From: Raillietiella orientalis
Taxonomy: Eukaryota
NCBI GenBank assembly: GCA_036172245.1
Contig: JAYWIR010000003.1
Location: forward strand, 434,001-498,000
Direction: 5' to 3'
Length of the DNA stretch: 64,000 nucleotides
Positions 29,796-47,000 of the stretch are shown here, in pieces. The number at the start of each line of letters is the position of its first letter. Positions within the stretch are counted from its first letter, which is position 1. The notes under the pieces were generated by a model. It ran no database searches. It was not told the origin of the DNA and worked only from the letters and a program-made list of their open reading frames with translations. Position numbers and translations under genes: made by a program.

Positions 29796-31449
29796 CTTTT
29801 CTTGAAAATTATTTTTGTGGCTCCTTTATTCACAGTAAAACTTTTGTTTGCTGATACCTCCTTGTTTTTCATTTTTGATTTGGTACTAAATCAATATCAA
29901 ATCTCTAATCTTTCTTTCCATGAGAAGTTTTGCTTTTGAGATTGTACCAACCCACATTGCATCTAAAATTGTAGTCCTTTGAATGAAATATTCATAAACA
30001 AAGACCAACATAATGTATGTGTTCTGAAAGAAGTTTTCACTTAAAGAAAATGGAAAACTTACCTGAAATCATTAGATTTGTGTCCCAGTAAAAAGGCTAG
30101 TGAGTATCAGGAGTGACTTGATATCAATTACCTTAGATTGAAGATTGGTAAATTTGGACTGGATATAATTATTTCTATCTTTCATACATGCACCGGTGGT
30201 GATCCCCGCAGAATCGCTTTCACTTCTATTGATATAAGATGAATCTTTTGAAAAGATGCATCTTAGTGACCGTAGTTTTCTTATTGTTAGATGGGCAAAC
30301 AAACTAAAACTTTTTTTACTTTGAATACTTAATTGCTGTAATGATTATCTATACGTGTAATGTTTCATTGTCGGCTGTTTACTTTTCCCCATTTAAGCCT
30401 TGTATCGGTATTGCCCTAAGGCAGATCAGTACATGTCAACAATGATTGTGCTTTCAACATTTACTTGAAATTCAAAAATTCCAATTTCGTTTTTTTTTTA
30501 AAGAAAATTAATTAGTTTGTCTTAGGCTGCGTATGTACCACCTGCTGCAGAAGATCCCAGCGCGAATTTCGAACACTAAATTTTTCTAGGGTGGTAGTTT
30601 ACCCTAATCAGATATGTTTCATGCTAAGGAGTTCCTCGTATTCGAGTCTTCTATGCTCCCTATATTTATTATCGTAGGCTGTTTCGAAGGAAAAGTTCTT
30701 TTTTTGAAATTTTTCAAATTCTGTAAAAAATTCCCTTTGGAAATTTTGTACCCTCGTATCCAGTTCAAAAGTTTGTGTTAATAGTATGTGTGTAAGTAGC
30801 GTTATTATTAATCATTTCATAAAAGTAAAAAGTATTACGCCACCAATCTTATGATTTGTTTGAGCTATATTATGAAACTGTTGGCTTCTTTCATATTATC
30901 GAGTTACACTAGTCCTGATTCCAGATTGTGATTCATGAAATGGATATATGAAAGGGAAACATGTTCCATGGAATATATAACGAACATTTTGTTTTTCGTA
31001 AAAGTAAAAATTTGTCTTAATCGTGAGTGCCTTAATGAGTGGCAATGCAATCTTTGTGTGATCCATCCCAGTAGAACCCAACATTTTGTCTATTTAGGTT
31101 TTAAGGGCTCCCCGTCCCGCCTCCGTTTATTGTTTTGATGACACTCCACTTTTCATTTCCATCACAATTTTCATGCTCTGCGTTAGTGTGTTCAGCTGCT
31201 AGAGGATTTTCAAATAGGATCAGTGGCTTCAGTTCACTAGGAATACTTTGCACTTTTTCTGAAGGGTTCATTTTACCTGGTGACTCGTTCCCTGCACATA
31301 AACTTCATTCGATGCAATCAAGTTGAACTTCGAAGGACATTTCCATTATCAGCAAGAGTGCGCCGAAGAATACAGTGGCTGCTAGCTGTGGGCTAGCTGC
31401 AAGAGCCGATGACTCTGGCACTGGGACATCCAGTGAGCCGAGCATAAGG

Positions 31450-32490
31450 CGGAAAAACTTGGTGTCACTTCAATGATTGCTGCCTATACGCATTTCGACT
31501 ACGTTCTCTACTCGGAGAACGTAAGCAACTGTTTGCATGGTTTCCGGTAGCTCCCAAGTGCTCTCGGATAATCACCCTGCCTACCAGCGAGTTATGGAAA
31601 ACACCCAGGTTACAACTAGCATCAACGGCGTAGAAGACTGGGATCCTGTGACACATGTGCATTGTTTTCATACTTGCAACTCGATGACAAAGCACTGCGA
31701 GAGGAAGCCTACCGGTGGTGTCGGAGGAGCAGCAACCCTCCCAGAGTGACTGGGTACTAGGAACAGTACCACAGAAAGTACCCGGACAACTATGTGTAGA
31801 AGGACATTGAGATTCTGGAAAGACACCTTACCTTATTTCATCGCGGACATTTCCACATTTAGTATCAAGACCCAGACTGCTGGAACTCAGAGCAAATATT
31901 GGTGGCATTCCAACATTTGTTGTTCTCGAGAAGAGACATCGAAGTCAGAGACAAGGACCAGTTCCTCCAATACTTCGGGAAGAGGTGACCCCGCGCAACA
32001 AAACCTCGGTACAGAGTTCATGAAGTAGGAAATCAGGACAGCTTTTCCGGAACTTTGCAAGGATGTGACAGCGGAGTCCGATACCACTCCCACTACACAC
32101 TTTCAGCAGTACGTCAGCACAGTATTCCATCAGCCGCTGGATCAAGTTAAGATGGAAGACTGCTAGTCTTTTTATCAGAGTAGGATAAGACTTTCGCAAG
32201 TGGAACTCATTTAGACGGTGGCAAGAATGTTGGGAAACAGATTGCGAAAATACGTGGGATCGGTGACCTCTTCCTCACAAACATGCGATGTTTATGAGGT
32301 ACATGTGGAATAATGAAATAATCCCAGGTCTTAGGATTGAACAGATTCCTTGGCTAGATCTCACCTACTTAGAAAAGACCTTCTACTCTATGAAGTACAC
32401 GATACTTGCGAGGATCTGCGACAAATGGAATTCTAAGGAAAATTTCTAGCTTGTGTGGAAGTCATCCTGAAAGAAGTAGTTTTTGAACTC
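31450..32490 (+). mobile_element. Decayed Ty3/gypsy LTR-retrotransposon remnant (gag and RT fragments)
   Basis: IRVG*DFRKWN at about 32174 resembles the RT motif R.C.DFRKLN. LNRFLG/LTYL at about 32337 resembles LR.FLG..SY. Gag-like YAFRLRSL and QLDDKALREE occur upstream. Many stops and frameshifts; no LTR pair seen. Confidence 0.5.
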
Positions 32491-34512
32491 GCCATCAATA
32501 AAGCAACAAAAGATAACAGCATGGAGAGAGGATTTCTCCAGTGAGATAACCGACACCATTCTCTTCCTTCTTTAAGTAGAGACGGTGGCATCCTATGTTC
32601 CTAAAGGCAACGGCTAACGGGTATCTGTCTCTATACATGGTGGTGATTTCAGTGTTTAAGACGTCGTAAACACTGGAGTCATTTTTTTCATTCAGCAATG
32701 CACCAGCTGCCATTTTTTTTCCTTTTAGCTATAACCTCGTCTTCAGCGAACTTTCTGGTATTCTTTAATTTTGCAGACGGATCTATAAGAACACTTCCGT
32801 TTAGTTTGTTTTTTGTTTTTCCTTTTTTTCCCTAGAGATCGATGCATATTATCCAATTAAATTCCAAATAAGCATACTTTTTTCTTGAAAAAATATATCC
32901 GTTTAATAAGTAAAAGCACTAAACACTATCTATAGGAAGTAGTATCTAGTAAGTAAACTATTTACTATAGTAAATAGTTTGAAGAATCTTAAATGTGGTG
33001 AAGCGTCACATGAGGCACCTATGAAAATTCTGAATGATTTACAGTAAAGATTCAAGCTTAGGAAGCATGATGATGAATATACTACAGAAACCGCAAATTG
33101 CTAAAACTCTTGCATACTTCATTTTTTAGTCTTTCTTGAATCAAATCGGATTTGTCATGAGTTCTCTATGAAGTCAAAGTCGGAACGTTTATCTCTAATG
33201 GAGCTACCATATTTAGGAATTCCAAATAACGTGTCATGCCTCAATATGTAAACTAAAGCAAACCTCGAAACTAACTGCTTTCACCATAACCGGTTACAAT
33301 ATGATGTGTTGTAATAAAAAAAATATGTGGTTCTTGAGTATACTAATATCGCATACATCTCAACTGGAGTCCAATGCTATCAGAAGAAAAAGGGTGCGAT
33401 TCTTATTTACACATATACAAAGTCTTGCAGTCCACTGACAAATGAAATTCGTTATTAATAAGATAGCATGAGAACTCTATGTGTAGATATCAAAAAGACC
33501 TCCACGCATGGATCGTACAGAAGCCAAAAAGCTGATGGGAAGTTACTGATGATGTACGCTTGAACTATCATCAATTCTTTTTTGCAAATATGCTTTCATC
33601 AGACCTTACTGATGATAGCATCAACGCGGTTAGTTGGAGTGTTTGTGGAAACCGTAATAATAGTAACTCTGATCCACGCGGAGGAAATTTGCACGAGGAT
33701 GACGGTTGTAAGAGTTCTAAATAACTTGGGAAGCCAATTGTAATGCATTCCATCGCGAAGGTTCCTGGAATCGTGAGTGCTTTTGCCTTCAGATTTCTAA
33801 CTACATTTTCCGTGACCACAGGAAAAAAAACCTTGCCGATAGGTGAAGACCAACTTGCCATGTGGGCATTGTACTACGGATAATTTTCAATGCCCAGCTG
33901 CCGTCCCTGTTGGCCACGCCATAAGGTGTGTTTCGTTGGACCCACGCGGCTGCTTTGTTCATGAATAGGAAAGCAGTGGGCATAAATATTTGCACTCAGA
34001 ATCCGTTGAGTTTAAGGGAATATGCCTGTTTGTTCACGAATAGCAAATTGAAACTCGAAAATTAAGACCACCACCAAACCGTTTCAGCTACTTAATGTCG
34101 GAACGTGTGTGGTACCTTAAATTGCTTGAAACACCACGGGAGTTTTGGTACGGAAGTTGCATGCTAACTCCAATACATCCATTATTCATGCAGCACATCA
34201 AGACAACTGACTCTGTATTTGTTTTGAAAACAAATGAATATGAAACGAAAATACGGTGTTGATCACAGTGGAGAGCGAATTATTCTTTAGAGTTTTCTGA
34301 TGCATGTGAACTTCATTGGTGTGCATCCTGGGTGATATGTAACTTATTTTCCAAATGTAACTTATTTTCCGGTTATTCGAGGTACATAGAGTTTTCATTG
34401 TCTAAAGTCAAACATCGAACATAATCACTGTCAAAAGGAAAAACTCTAGATTGTAATCACCATTTAAGAAAATTTCTGTGATCACGTTAAAAACAGAAAC
34501 ATCGTGTGAGAT

Positions 34513-36013
34513 ATGCATAACTTACATAGATTACGTTGTGGGTTCACGAAAATATGTAAGACGCATTATATCCCAATCTTGTGGCAAAGTTCAGTAGATG
34601 GTCCCATGACTCTTTATAAGCAAAGAATTGTTGATGGAGAATTGCTTCCGGATGAGCAGCAAGAAAAGGTTTTACATCTATTGCAGCAGCTTCATGAAGA
34701 TCTGCTTACTTACAATTCTAAGCAATCACCCTTCAGGAAGACCTTTTTATCCTTATGGAAACAGAAAACTCCAAGAGGACTTTATATACATGGAACTGTT
34801 GGAGGAGGAAAAACAATGCTGATGGATCTGTTTCACAATGCATCTTCCATATTGGCCAAACAACGCACTCACTTTAATCAGTTCATGCTGAAAGTGCATC
34901 AAATGAACCATCAAATGAAAATGCAATCCAGACATATTCGAGGATATGACCCTATCCCTCAATTAGTAAATCAACTGGCTCAGTGCTGGCTTCTATGCCT
35001 TGATGAATTTCAAGTAAGTAGGATTGCCCATTTATTCACATAGTGCATCCAGGTTACAGATATTGGAGATGCTATGATCTTAAAGAGACTTTTTACTCTG
35101 CTGTTTGAACGTGGTGTCGTTTTAGTAGCCACAAGCAACCGAGTCCCTGATGATCTGTATTTGCATGGCCTCCAACGCAGTCAATTTTTACCATTTATAC
35201 CTTTGCTCAAAAAACATTGTCATGTGGTTAGTTTGGAACCAGGAATAGATTACCGCCGTCGTTTTACTGATAAACAGCAGTTTTATTTTGTGTGAGTATT
35301 AGAATGACTAGCATTTTAAGTCCTTACGATTACAGCAAAAGTCCAACCAGTGAACATCACTTAAACATGCTTTGGCATTTCCTTGTATCACAGGAAAATG
35401 ATATTGCTCGTCAGCGTACTTTAGCTGTTTGTGGGCACCATGTCACTTTGCAACAATGTTGTGGTGCATTTGCATATTGTACATTTGCGGAACTTTGTGA
35501 GCAGGTAAGGATTTAAAAGTTTAATCAGATGACAGCATCTGGTTCATAGCCTTTGGGAGCAATTGACTATTTGCATCTGTGTCAGATCTTTCATACTGTT
35601 ATCATTAGAGACATCCCTCAGATGACAGCATATTCAGTAAATTCAATGCGTCGTTTTATTACTCTCATTGACATATTTTATGATCAAAAGGTGTTACTTT
35701 GATCATTAGGAGTGCCTTCTTAGACATTTTTAGGTACGAGTAATTTGCTTAGCACAGGTTGAACTCTCCGAACTCATTACTACACACATTCAGTTGAGTA
35801 ATGAACCTAATCAAATGCAGAGAGAACTGATGGATGATCTCCAGATACAGAGATCTGTATGTTATTTTTAGTATTGCAGTTTGATTTTAAGAGTTTTAGG
35901 AATGCATGTTTGGGCAAGAAGAATTATATGCAGCAGAGCGTACTGTATCTCGTTTGTATGAAATGCAAACAGAGGATTATCAGGAAAAGTGGAGGAAGCA
36001 GCATCAGAGATAA
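34513..36013 (+). CDS. AFG1L: AFG1-like mitochondrial ATPase (LACE1)
   Basis: [21 protein letters not shown] (Walker A), [18 protein letters not shown] (Walker B), [33 protein letters not shown]; stop at 36011-36013. Confidence 0.96.
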
Positions 36014-36099
36014 CTAATCACTTAGTGCATATTATTGAAATTTTTAACCCTGGATGCATGTAGGAAGTTTTATAGTTGCTTATTACAGAATACAGATTA

Positions 36100-39000
36100 T
36101 TTTTATTGAAGTAAACACCATGTCTCTGAGTGGATTTTCCTCATGGGTCTTATAGTTTGTCCTGTGAGTCCAAGTAACACATTTATTATTTTTCTGTGGT
36201 TCTACAAGTTTTGAAAGCCCTTGAAGTAGCAAAATCATTTGCAATTATCACCCAAAAATTCTGATCCACTTTCTGATTAAAAAGGAGTGAAAATTGCGCA
36301 TCACTTATTCGTCATTGCCTTCAGATGACATGTACCCTAATAGGTATGTTCAGTACAAAATTTCAAATTGCTCCAAATCTGGAAGTCTATTTAACCAGTC
36401 CACATGAAACTCCCGAAAATGTACAAATCCCCTGGATAAAAAGGTATCTTTTAATAAGGCGAGGTAAAGGCAGATTTTGTTTAACAAGTGATTTATATTC
36501 GAATTCGGTATAAACAATTCTTTGGCATAACTGTGAAAATGTCTTTCTTGTTTCGTTGAACGTGAAGTAAACAAAATAGGTATCGTAACTACTCGATGGT
36601 TCGTATGTATATTAAAAGAACGATATTTGACACATGTGATATTCCCATGGTGTATGGAAAATGAGGAGGATACTGTGCTACCCTTTGTTAGTTTACAAAT
36701 ATCACTTGATAATTTTTTGAAGCAAATGTAGGAAGTGCATCGCGCATGTCAGCGATGTGAGGTGCGGGATGAGACGTTGCCTCATCGTAAATCACTGCTA
36801 GAGGCACTCTCGCCTGTTCATTGAGAGGCACAAATTGATCCTGGGAAGGATTAAGAACGCCGTGGTGGATGTAGCGAAGTGGACTCTTTTGTCAATCAGC
36901 CAGAAAGGATCTGAGGGTAGACTCCCAACCTTGCGACCCGACCTGGTACCTGCAGGAGGGTAATCGCATGATAGTACTCGGATTCTGCTGCCTGTTCGAG
37001 GGTGCAAAGGAGACGTTCAGCACAGCCAGGAAAAGCAAGCTGGAAAAATATAAAGTGGCCCTCCAGCTAACCAAGGACTCCTGCCCCTATCGTAGGTCCA
37101 CTAGGAGCCCGGGATCTAGAAAATGAATATCTAGTACTATACGATCTCGCAGTCCCTAGAAAGTACGAAGAGAAGATGAAGCACCTTATGGTGGCCTCGT
37201 GTATCCGATACAGTAGGGGTATCTACGTGACCCCATGTCTCAAGGAGAATACCGAAAGAAACTGAAGGCAATTTGCAGCCGGAAAAGACCAGCGAACTGC
37301 GCTCGCGAGATGTCCGCATCGGAGAACAAGATGCTAAAAGTGCACCGGAACAGGGGGCAACGAGCGCCCCAGATGGACGCAAGAGGAGGGCCGGAAGAAT
37401 AGGAAGAGCCCCTCCTGTAATGCTTTTTTCAATTGCATTCCCAAACAAATAAAATATATTTTTAATTAAGGGATGATTGATCTGATTGCGAGACTGTGTG
37501 AAGACATTACGAGTGCTAATTGTCTGCATTAAAACGAAGTGATCATTTCCAAAATCACGTTTTTGAACAGAGCATTTCAAATTCCGATATTCACGTAACA
37601 TTCACTTTTTCGTCCTTCCGGTGTTACCTGGTGGCCCAAAGGTAACAGACCAAATGTGAGCGCCAACTGGTTAATTTAATTATCTCCCATTTCATAGTGA
37701 GATTTACTCCTAATGAAGGAATAAAGGAGTGCTAGGTCAACTCTAGTAACTGATGCAAATACACATATCATGTCATCTGAATAAACATGAATTGTATCTG
37801 CTGGTCTGAAATTTAATGACTGCAAGTAATTAAATGCAGATGACTTTCATCAGACAGAAAAACAAGTTCCTAATTGGAGTGATATAATAATACGTGAATC
37901 TTCAAGTGAAAAATCTTTTAATTGGAAAAAAAAACACAAATTCCTTGTTTGGAGAAGTGACTTTGCGAAAGCAAATGTGATATCAAGACCGACTGGACGC
38001 ACAACATCGGAAGACTCACTGATCGTTGAGCACATAATCTTATGCAGTGCTTACACAGCTGAATGTTGAAGAGTGGACGTAGTAAAATTTCACTTTCAAC
38101 GGCTGAATTCAAGTGGCACACATATTCCGTAACTATACAGCTTTGCTTCTCAGTTAAGAATACAAAATTAAAAACACATTGTACTTTACACAGTTTTTTC
38201 CGGAGAGTTTTGCAAATAAAATCTACACTGATACCACTTGAAATGAAACACAATGACGTATTGCTTTCAATATCCAAATCCGGAAAATGCTGCAATTTCT
38301 TCTGTTGAAGAAATATGTCTTTTCTCGAGTCCTTGCTGCATAGTGGGTGCCAACAGGGTGGATTGTTCGTCCGTGCAGAAAGGTCTTTGTGAAGCCTTCT
38401 CAGATGCACAGTCTTGAATGAATGTATTGTCTGTTCTAAATTCGAGTAACGGGACAGTATCCCAAGGAATATTATTAAGGACGATAATAGTAATGCGAGT
38501 TAAAGAACTCCCATTTAAATCTGCAATAGGATACATTCCTTCATTTTTATTTGCTGACGAAAAAATCGTTCGTTCATTAAGCTACTGTTCAAAGTTTCCA
38601 TTTAGTCAGTGAAATCATAAATTTTATTGGGAATTGACTGGAAGTTTTAAGAATTCTTAACAGCGCTTTCACGGTTCACAAGAAAACTTCAATATTCGAC
38701 TTCTATTGTGGCACCATAGGGCGCTGTGACTATACGGATACCTTGCTCGTTTTGAACAAATTCAATAAATGACTTTGATGATGCACATGACTTTGATTTC
38801 AGCGATAAATGTGGAAGATCTATTAGACTCCTATTTTGCACCTTATCGCTATCGTTCAGTAAAAAAAATTGCTTGGTTAATCGACTGCTCAAAAATCCAA
38901 ATCTACCAAACAAGCAAGTACATGATATATGCAATTTACCACACAAGATAAACAATCAATGTGAAATAGTTCATTCACCAGCTAATTTTCATATTCTTTG

Positions 39001-40693
39001 TGATAAATGAGAGACAGTAAAGTGGTATAAAGGGTTTCTACGGCTCTTTAACTGATGTGTGAAATAATGATTCACAATCTCTACTTCTACTTGCTTTAAA
39101 GATTTGAGAGTTGAGTTTTTGCTCGAGGAAATCAACAAAACATTTTGTTTAACTTCATGTAACTCATTTTAAAAATTACTCCTGGAATGGAGGAAGAGTT
39201 TTTGGATTCTATTGATTAGAAGGATGACGATTGAAAGTGGCATAGTGAGTTTCGTTCCTGGCCGTCGTCGATCAATTCTTCCGAATGTTACGCGTGATAA
39301 AATTTAAAATACACATAAGAAATTCAAAATTGCATCCTGATGACACTTTTTCGCCTGGCTTTGGTATGTTTTAATTGTGTTCATTAGGGTGAGATCCATA
39401 ATAAGTTGCAGATGTTGTTTATTTCATTACTTCTTGTGACTTTGTTTCCGGAATAAAAATGGCAGCTACAAGTTACGACTAAATTGAAATTTTTGATGGA
39501 TTTCACGACAACAGAGCTGAGAGTAGAGCTGAGAGTTTCTGATGAAATAGTCCCTTTATTTTGATAATTCAAGTGAATCAAGCAAGTGCTTGCACTAGAG
39601 ATATGTGAAAGCTTCTTGTAAATTTTGAGCATGATCGGTGATAATGCTTCGCTCACTCAAAAGTCAGTGGGAAATGAATTATTAAAGAAATCGGAAACCA
39701 AATGCATGCAGTCAAGAAGATATTGACATATGCAAACACGAAGATAAGGAGAACCTCGAAGTAATCTCTTCCAGACTTACACCAAGATGAACAAAAAGCG
39801 TGTAGTTGTTACATTGCTTTTTGAAATGCATGACCTCCATGAGACCAAAGAATCCTTGAACTTTTCATATTGTTGTCGAATACATAAACAGAAGGGCGTA
39901 AGTAGTGTTAAATGAAGTGGAAATAGTGAAAATTTAAAACGATCGAATCGTTGGCTTTTTTTAAAAAAAACAAAGCATCATCCTCTGTGGTTGTTATCAT
40001 AGCTTTATTATTTACTTAAATATCGTTAAGTTTACGTATGTAAGAGGTTCAGTAAGTTGCGTTTATATTCATGCTTCTTCTACATAAATAGTAATCAAAT
40101 AGCTATATCCATGCTTTAATTCCTAGAAGCTGTTTCTCCGACTTTACCCCATCGTCAGTGAAAAACTGTAGCGAATTCCGAGGAACTCGTTGGAAAGTGG
40201 AATAGAAAATGAGCAGTTTTAAAGAAAAGAGAGATGTACAAAAATCCTGGAGTTCATTTTAATGTTCGTGACGAGGAATTTGCAACTGGTGTTGTCACGA
40301 TCAATTGGCTACTATTTCCACTAGCATTAGCATAGGAACGGCACTTATGCCTGCTGTCTGTACTAGAAGAAACTTGTAAGACGAAGTCTATTCATTGGAA
40401 GGATTCGATTGAAGTAGAACGGAGTAACCGCGACTTCTTTCCTTTTTTCATGTTGGCATTCCTTGAAGTGATTCCCGCTCCTAAATGCGACAGTCTTCGA
40501 GAAGTCGCTCAGCTGCAAGCGAAGCCGCGTGCGCGTGGAGGTTGTCGGCATGCGGTCCGCTGCACGGCTGGCAAGTCGGACTGAAAGAGTGCCCGGGGGT
40601 GAATGACACCGACGTCAACAAACTAGCAAATAAGCAAAGTGAACAGTCGCACGCACGTACAAGAAAGAGAATAGAATTTTGTTCGGACGTCAT
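36100..40693 (-). pseudogene. Decayed ionotropic glutamate receptor-like (NMDA/IR-type) gene relic, interrupted by a retrotransposon fragment; boundaries approximate
   Basis: Degenerate motifs occur in the expected order on the minus strand: DLNG..RITIIVLNNIPW...CASEKASQRPFC (S1 start and Cys loop), CFISSGISVDFICKTLRKKL, DVVRPVGLDITFAF...TRNLCFFF, AFNYLQSLNF (pre-M1), LTFGLLPLGHQVTPEG (pore-loop-like), then weak S2-like strings below 36700. Numerous stops and frameshifts. Confidence 0.4.
36734..37455 (+). mobile_element. 5'-truncated, decayed RLE-type non-LTR retrotransposon (NeSL/Utopia-like 3' end)
   Basis: CCHC knuckle CQRCEVRDETLPH.VNHC, then RHKLILGRI, LRPDLV, CLFEG..ETFSTARKSKLEKYK, IVGPLGA.DLEN, and the tail KYEEKMKHLMVASCIRYSRGIYV.HVS; AATAAA at 37448. 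Frameshifts and one stop. Confidence 0.8.
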
Positions 40694-40765
40694 GAATTTT
40701 TTTGATCTTTTTAAGTTTCATTTCAGTATGTTCCAAGAAGATATTTGTATGCGAGTGTGTTCAAA

Positions 40766-44000
<3,235 letters not shown>

Positions 44001-47000
44001 ACAGCATGTATGTGTGTTTAATATTGCTTCCATTACTGAGATCTTTAGTGTTGATTTCTCACATTAAAGTGATGGTGCTTCAGAATATTAGTGAGACCTG
44101 TGTTTTTCAAAAGAGGTGTACTGTAGTGGATATTTGAAATCGATACACTTCCATACCATCTTGGCATCAACTTTGATTGGGTAATTATCACATCAGCTGT
44201 GAACGTAAGCGTGCATCCAGCCTGAGTTCTAAAGTTTTATCTGTTGAAGTGAGTGAAATTAATTGTTTAATGAAAAGTGTAACTTTCAGTGAATTGAGTA
44301 TTATACAGTGACCGTTGTTTCCATTTTGAAATATTGCATTAGTGAAAGTAAAGTTTTCTGGCTTCAATTTGCTACACAAATAGCATGTAGAAACAAGAAT
44401 GCAATGGTGTTGTTGAATATGTGGGGGCATAAAGACTTGGCCTTGAGTAATAGCGATAGGAATGGATTTTAATCTCATAAAGTATCAATGTTATTGACAA
44501 TAATTTGAAGTTTCCAACTAGCAAAAATTACTAGCAATAATTATTTGAAGTAAAGCAGCATTATGCTCGTTTATCACATAATCTTGTTATTTTGCAATGG
44601 TCAATCCAGCATTTTTGTTATGTTACTGTTCACATGCATAGTAGTTCAAAGTGAATACATTAAGGAGTAGGTGCAAAAATGTAAGAAATCCTGTTGCTAC
44701 ATATATGAATTATGTTAATATAGCGTGTTCCTTGCATTTTTTGGAATAAACTTCACCATGGATTGGATTTTCTCATGGTGTTCACATATATTAGTTATTA
44801 ATTATAGGAAGTTTTCCTTAGTCAAAACCCTAGTCTTTGAAAGTGCCATATGTTTGTTCTAAAAGTTAAGTTCGAAGTTGTTTTCCGATTTTTTTACATT
44901 GTATTTTTGATGCTTGCAAGCCATAGTCCCTTAATGCTAATTCAGTTCGAGTTGGACTGCAATAAACCAGATTGTTTTTAATTTCATCCTGCAAAATATA
45001 CACCCTGGGTATCTTGATATTTTTGATAGTAAAATTTTTTGATCACTACCATGTATGCATTTTTCAAACTATGGGGGTTGCTCATTATTCAATAAATGTA
45101 TTAGTAGAAAGTGGATTTCTTACAATTGTACTAACTGTTTTATGAGTGCTAGTATAAGAGTCTGTCTTTTTACTAGTTGTGTTGGTTATTTTTTACAAAA
45201 AAATAACATCTATATATAGTATTAGGAGATATGGGTTTAATTTTAGATTGTTAAGGGTGAAGCAGATTTACAATCAAGGTAAAAGTGATGAATAATAGTG
45301 CACACAGTCATTTATGCAAATGTATGAAGAAAAGTGCAGGCAAACCAATGTGGAATCAAAGCAAAATCCAAGAAGCATTCTTAGGTTCCAAAAAGAGGAA
45401 TTAGAAAAAATGAATCGATTCTGAAGACACATTGTAGTCTAGGAAGCAGTTCTGGCATAAGTTGACAATCTACATAGAAACTCTTGGCTTTCAACTCTTG
45501 TTATCTTAGAGCAAACAAAGTGATCCCTCTCCAGGCATGAGAGGAACAGACTCCGAGTCCTTCCTGGATTCATAGGGCAGACCCCTTTCCTGGGGTGCCC
45601 CCTATTTGAAGAATTACACACACACCCTGTAGGTGACCACAGGTGGGATGGCATGAAACAACAGTGTTAAAGAGCCATGTGTGCTGTGAGGCATGTGACT
45701 GGCTCTTAATATACTTTGCAAACCAAAAAAAAGAAAATCCGAAAAAAAAAAAAAAGCTGGAAGGAAAAAACAGTGAAGCCAGAAGAAAAAAGAACCCAAG
45801 GATTTCCATCATCAATACTTTAGTTGAAGCTAGGAATATTTGTAACTCCACCACCATTACATTTTGACTTACAGTTCTCTGTTCATATCAACACATCCTC
45901 AACCCAACTGTCCATTCTCAACTATACATGATTCACAAAAGCTTCTATATTCACAGCAGTTTTTGCTTCAAGACATGAATCATATTTTCTAATCGAGAAA
46001 GGAACTAGAAGAAAAGGTTCATTCCCTTTGAGATTTATTTTCGAGAATTATTGTGTGCAAAAATTTTGAAAAAAATCCTACAATACCCACATCTGTGCAT
46101 TCTTAAGCAGAATATGCACAAGCAAAACTAAGCATAAGGGCGATAGTGTGTTCTAATAAGTGTTGTGCTAGGAATTGGTTTTCAAAACAGACAACGCATC
46201 TGAGCTAGAAATAGAATAAAACTTTCACCATAAATTGCACAGAACAGAATGAATGTTGATAATTTCCAAACCTCTAGGACCTGCTCAGATTTTCATTTTT
46301 TTCAGCTTCCATTGATGTACAACACTGCTGTAAGGGTGATGACTGCACTGTAAAGTGATGAATTTTGTTTTTAAAAAAAAAATCATAAACATGCCTTTGT
46401 CCGACCCTGTTGCCTTGGTTAACTGAAATACCACATACAGAAGGATCTCCAAGCCGCTCGTGATTTTCAGAGTCCATGAGGTAGTTTTTAACTGTCGAAA
46501 GTTTTCTCATTTCTACAAATACATTCTTTCGAACATGGGGCTATATCTTGTTTGTTTCGGATATTTGGACATATGTTATATAGCAATCCATTAATAGAGA
46601 TGCAAATTTCGGCTAGGTGACAATTCGCAGAACGTTGATAAAAACGGGACCTTGCGCCCTTTCTGAACATGGAAATTGTACTTCGAAATTGAATCTACCC
46701 CAGAAATAAAATAGTTATCCTATTAAAGTAAAATGAAATGGACTTAAATAATGAAATCACGTTGCTACTGATCAGTGTTGCAGCAGAATATTATCAAAAT
46801 GTCAACATCAAGTTCCCAATTTGCGTGATGAAGACCAAGCCTATATCCTGTCTATTTCGGAACTTCTAGAAAACGGCCGCTTTAGGAACTTCCTTATAGA
46901 ATTTTTCTAAAATAACGGGGGAGCCTAGTGACATCACAAATGCTGAACTTCTGAACTGTAAGGAAAACACTAAAAATGCTTAGATATTAAGTTTCACTAA

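Noticed and set aside
33540..33990. Exon-like blocks with CGHCTTDNFQC (LDLa-like)
   Set aside because: Short, interrupted by stops, and no family can be assigned.
44655..44935. Possible TTAA-flanked MITE
   Set aside because: The two ends do not form convincing terminal inverted repeats.
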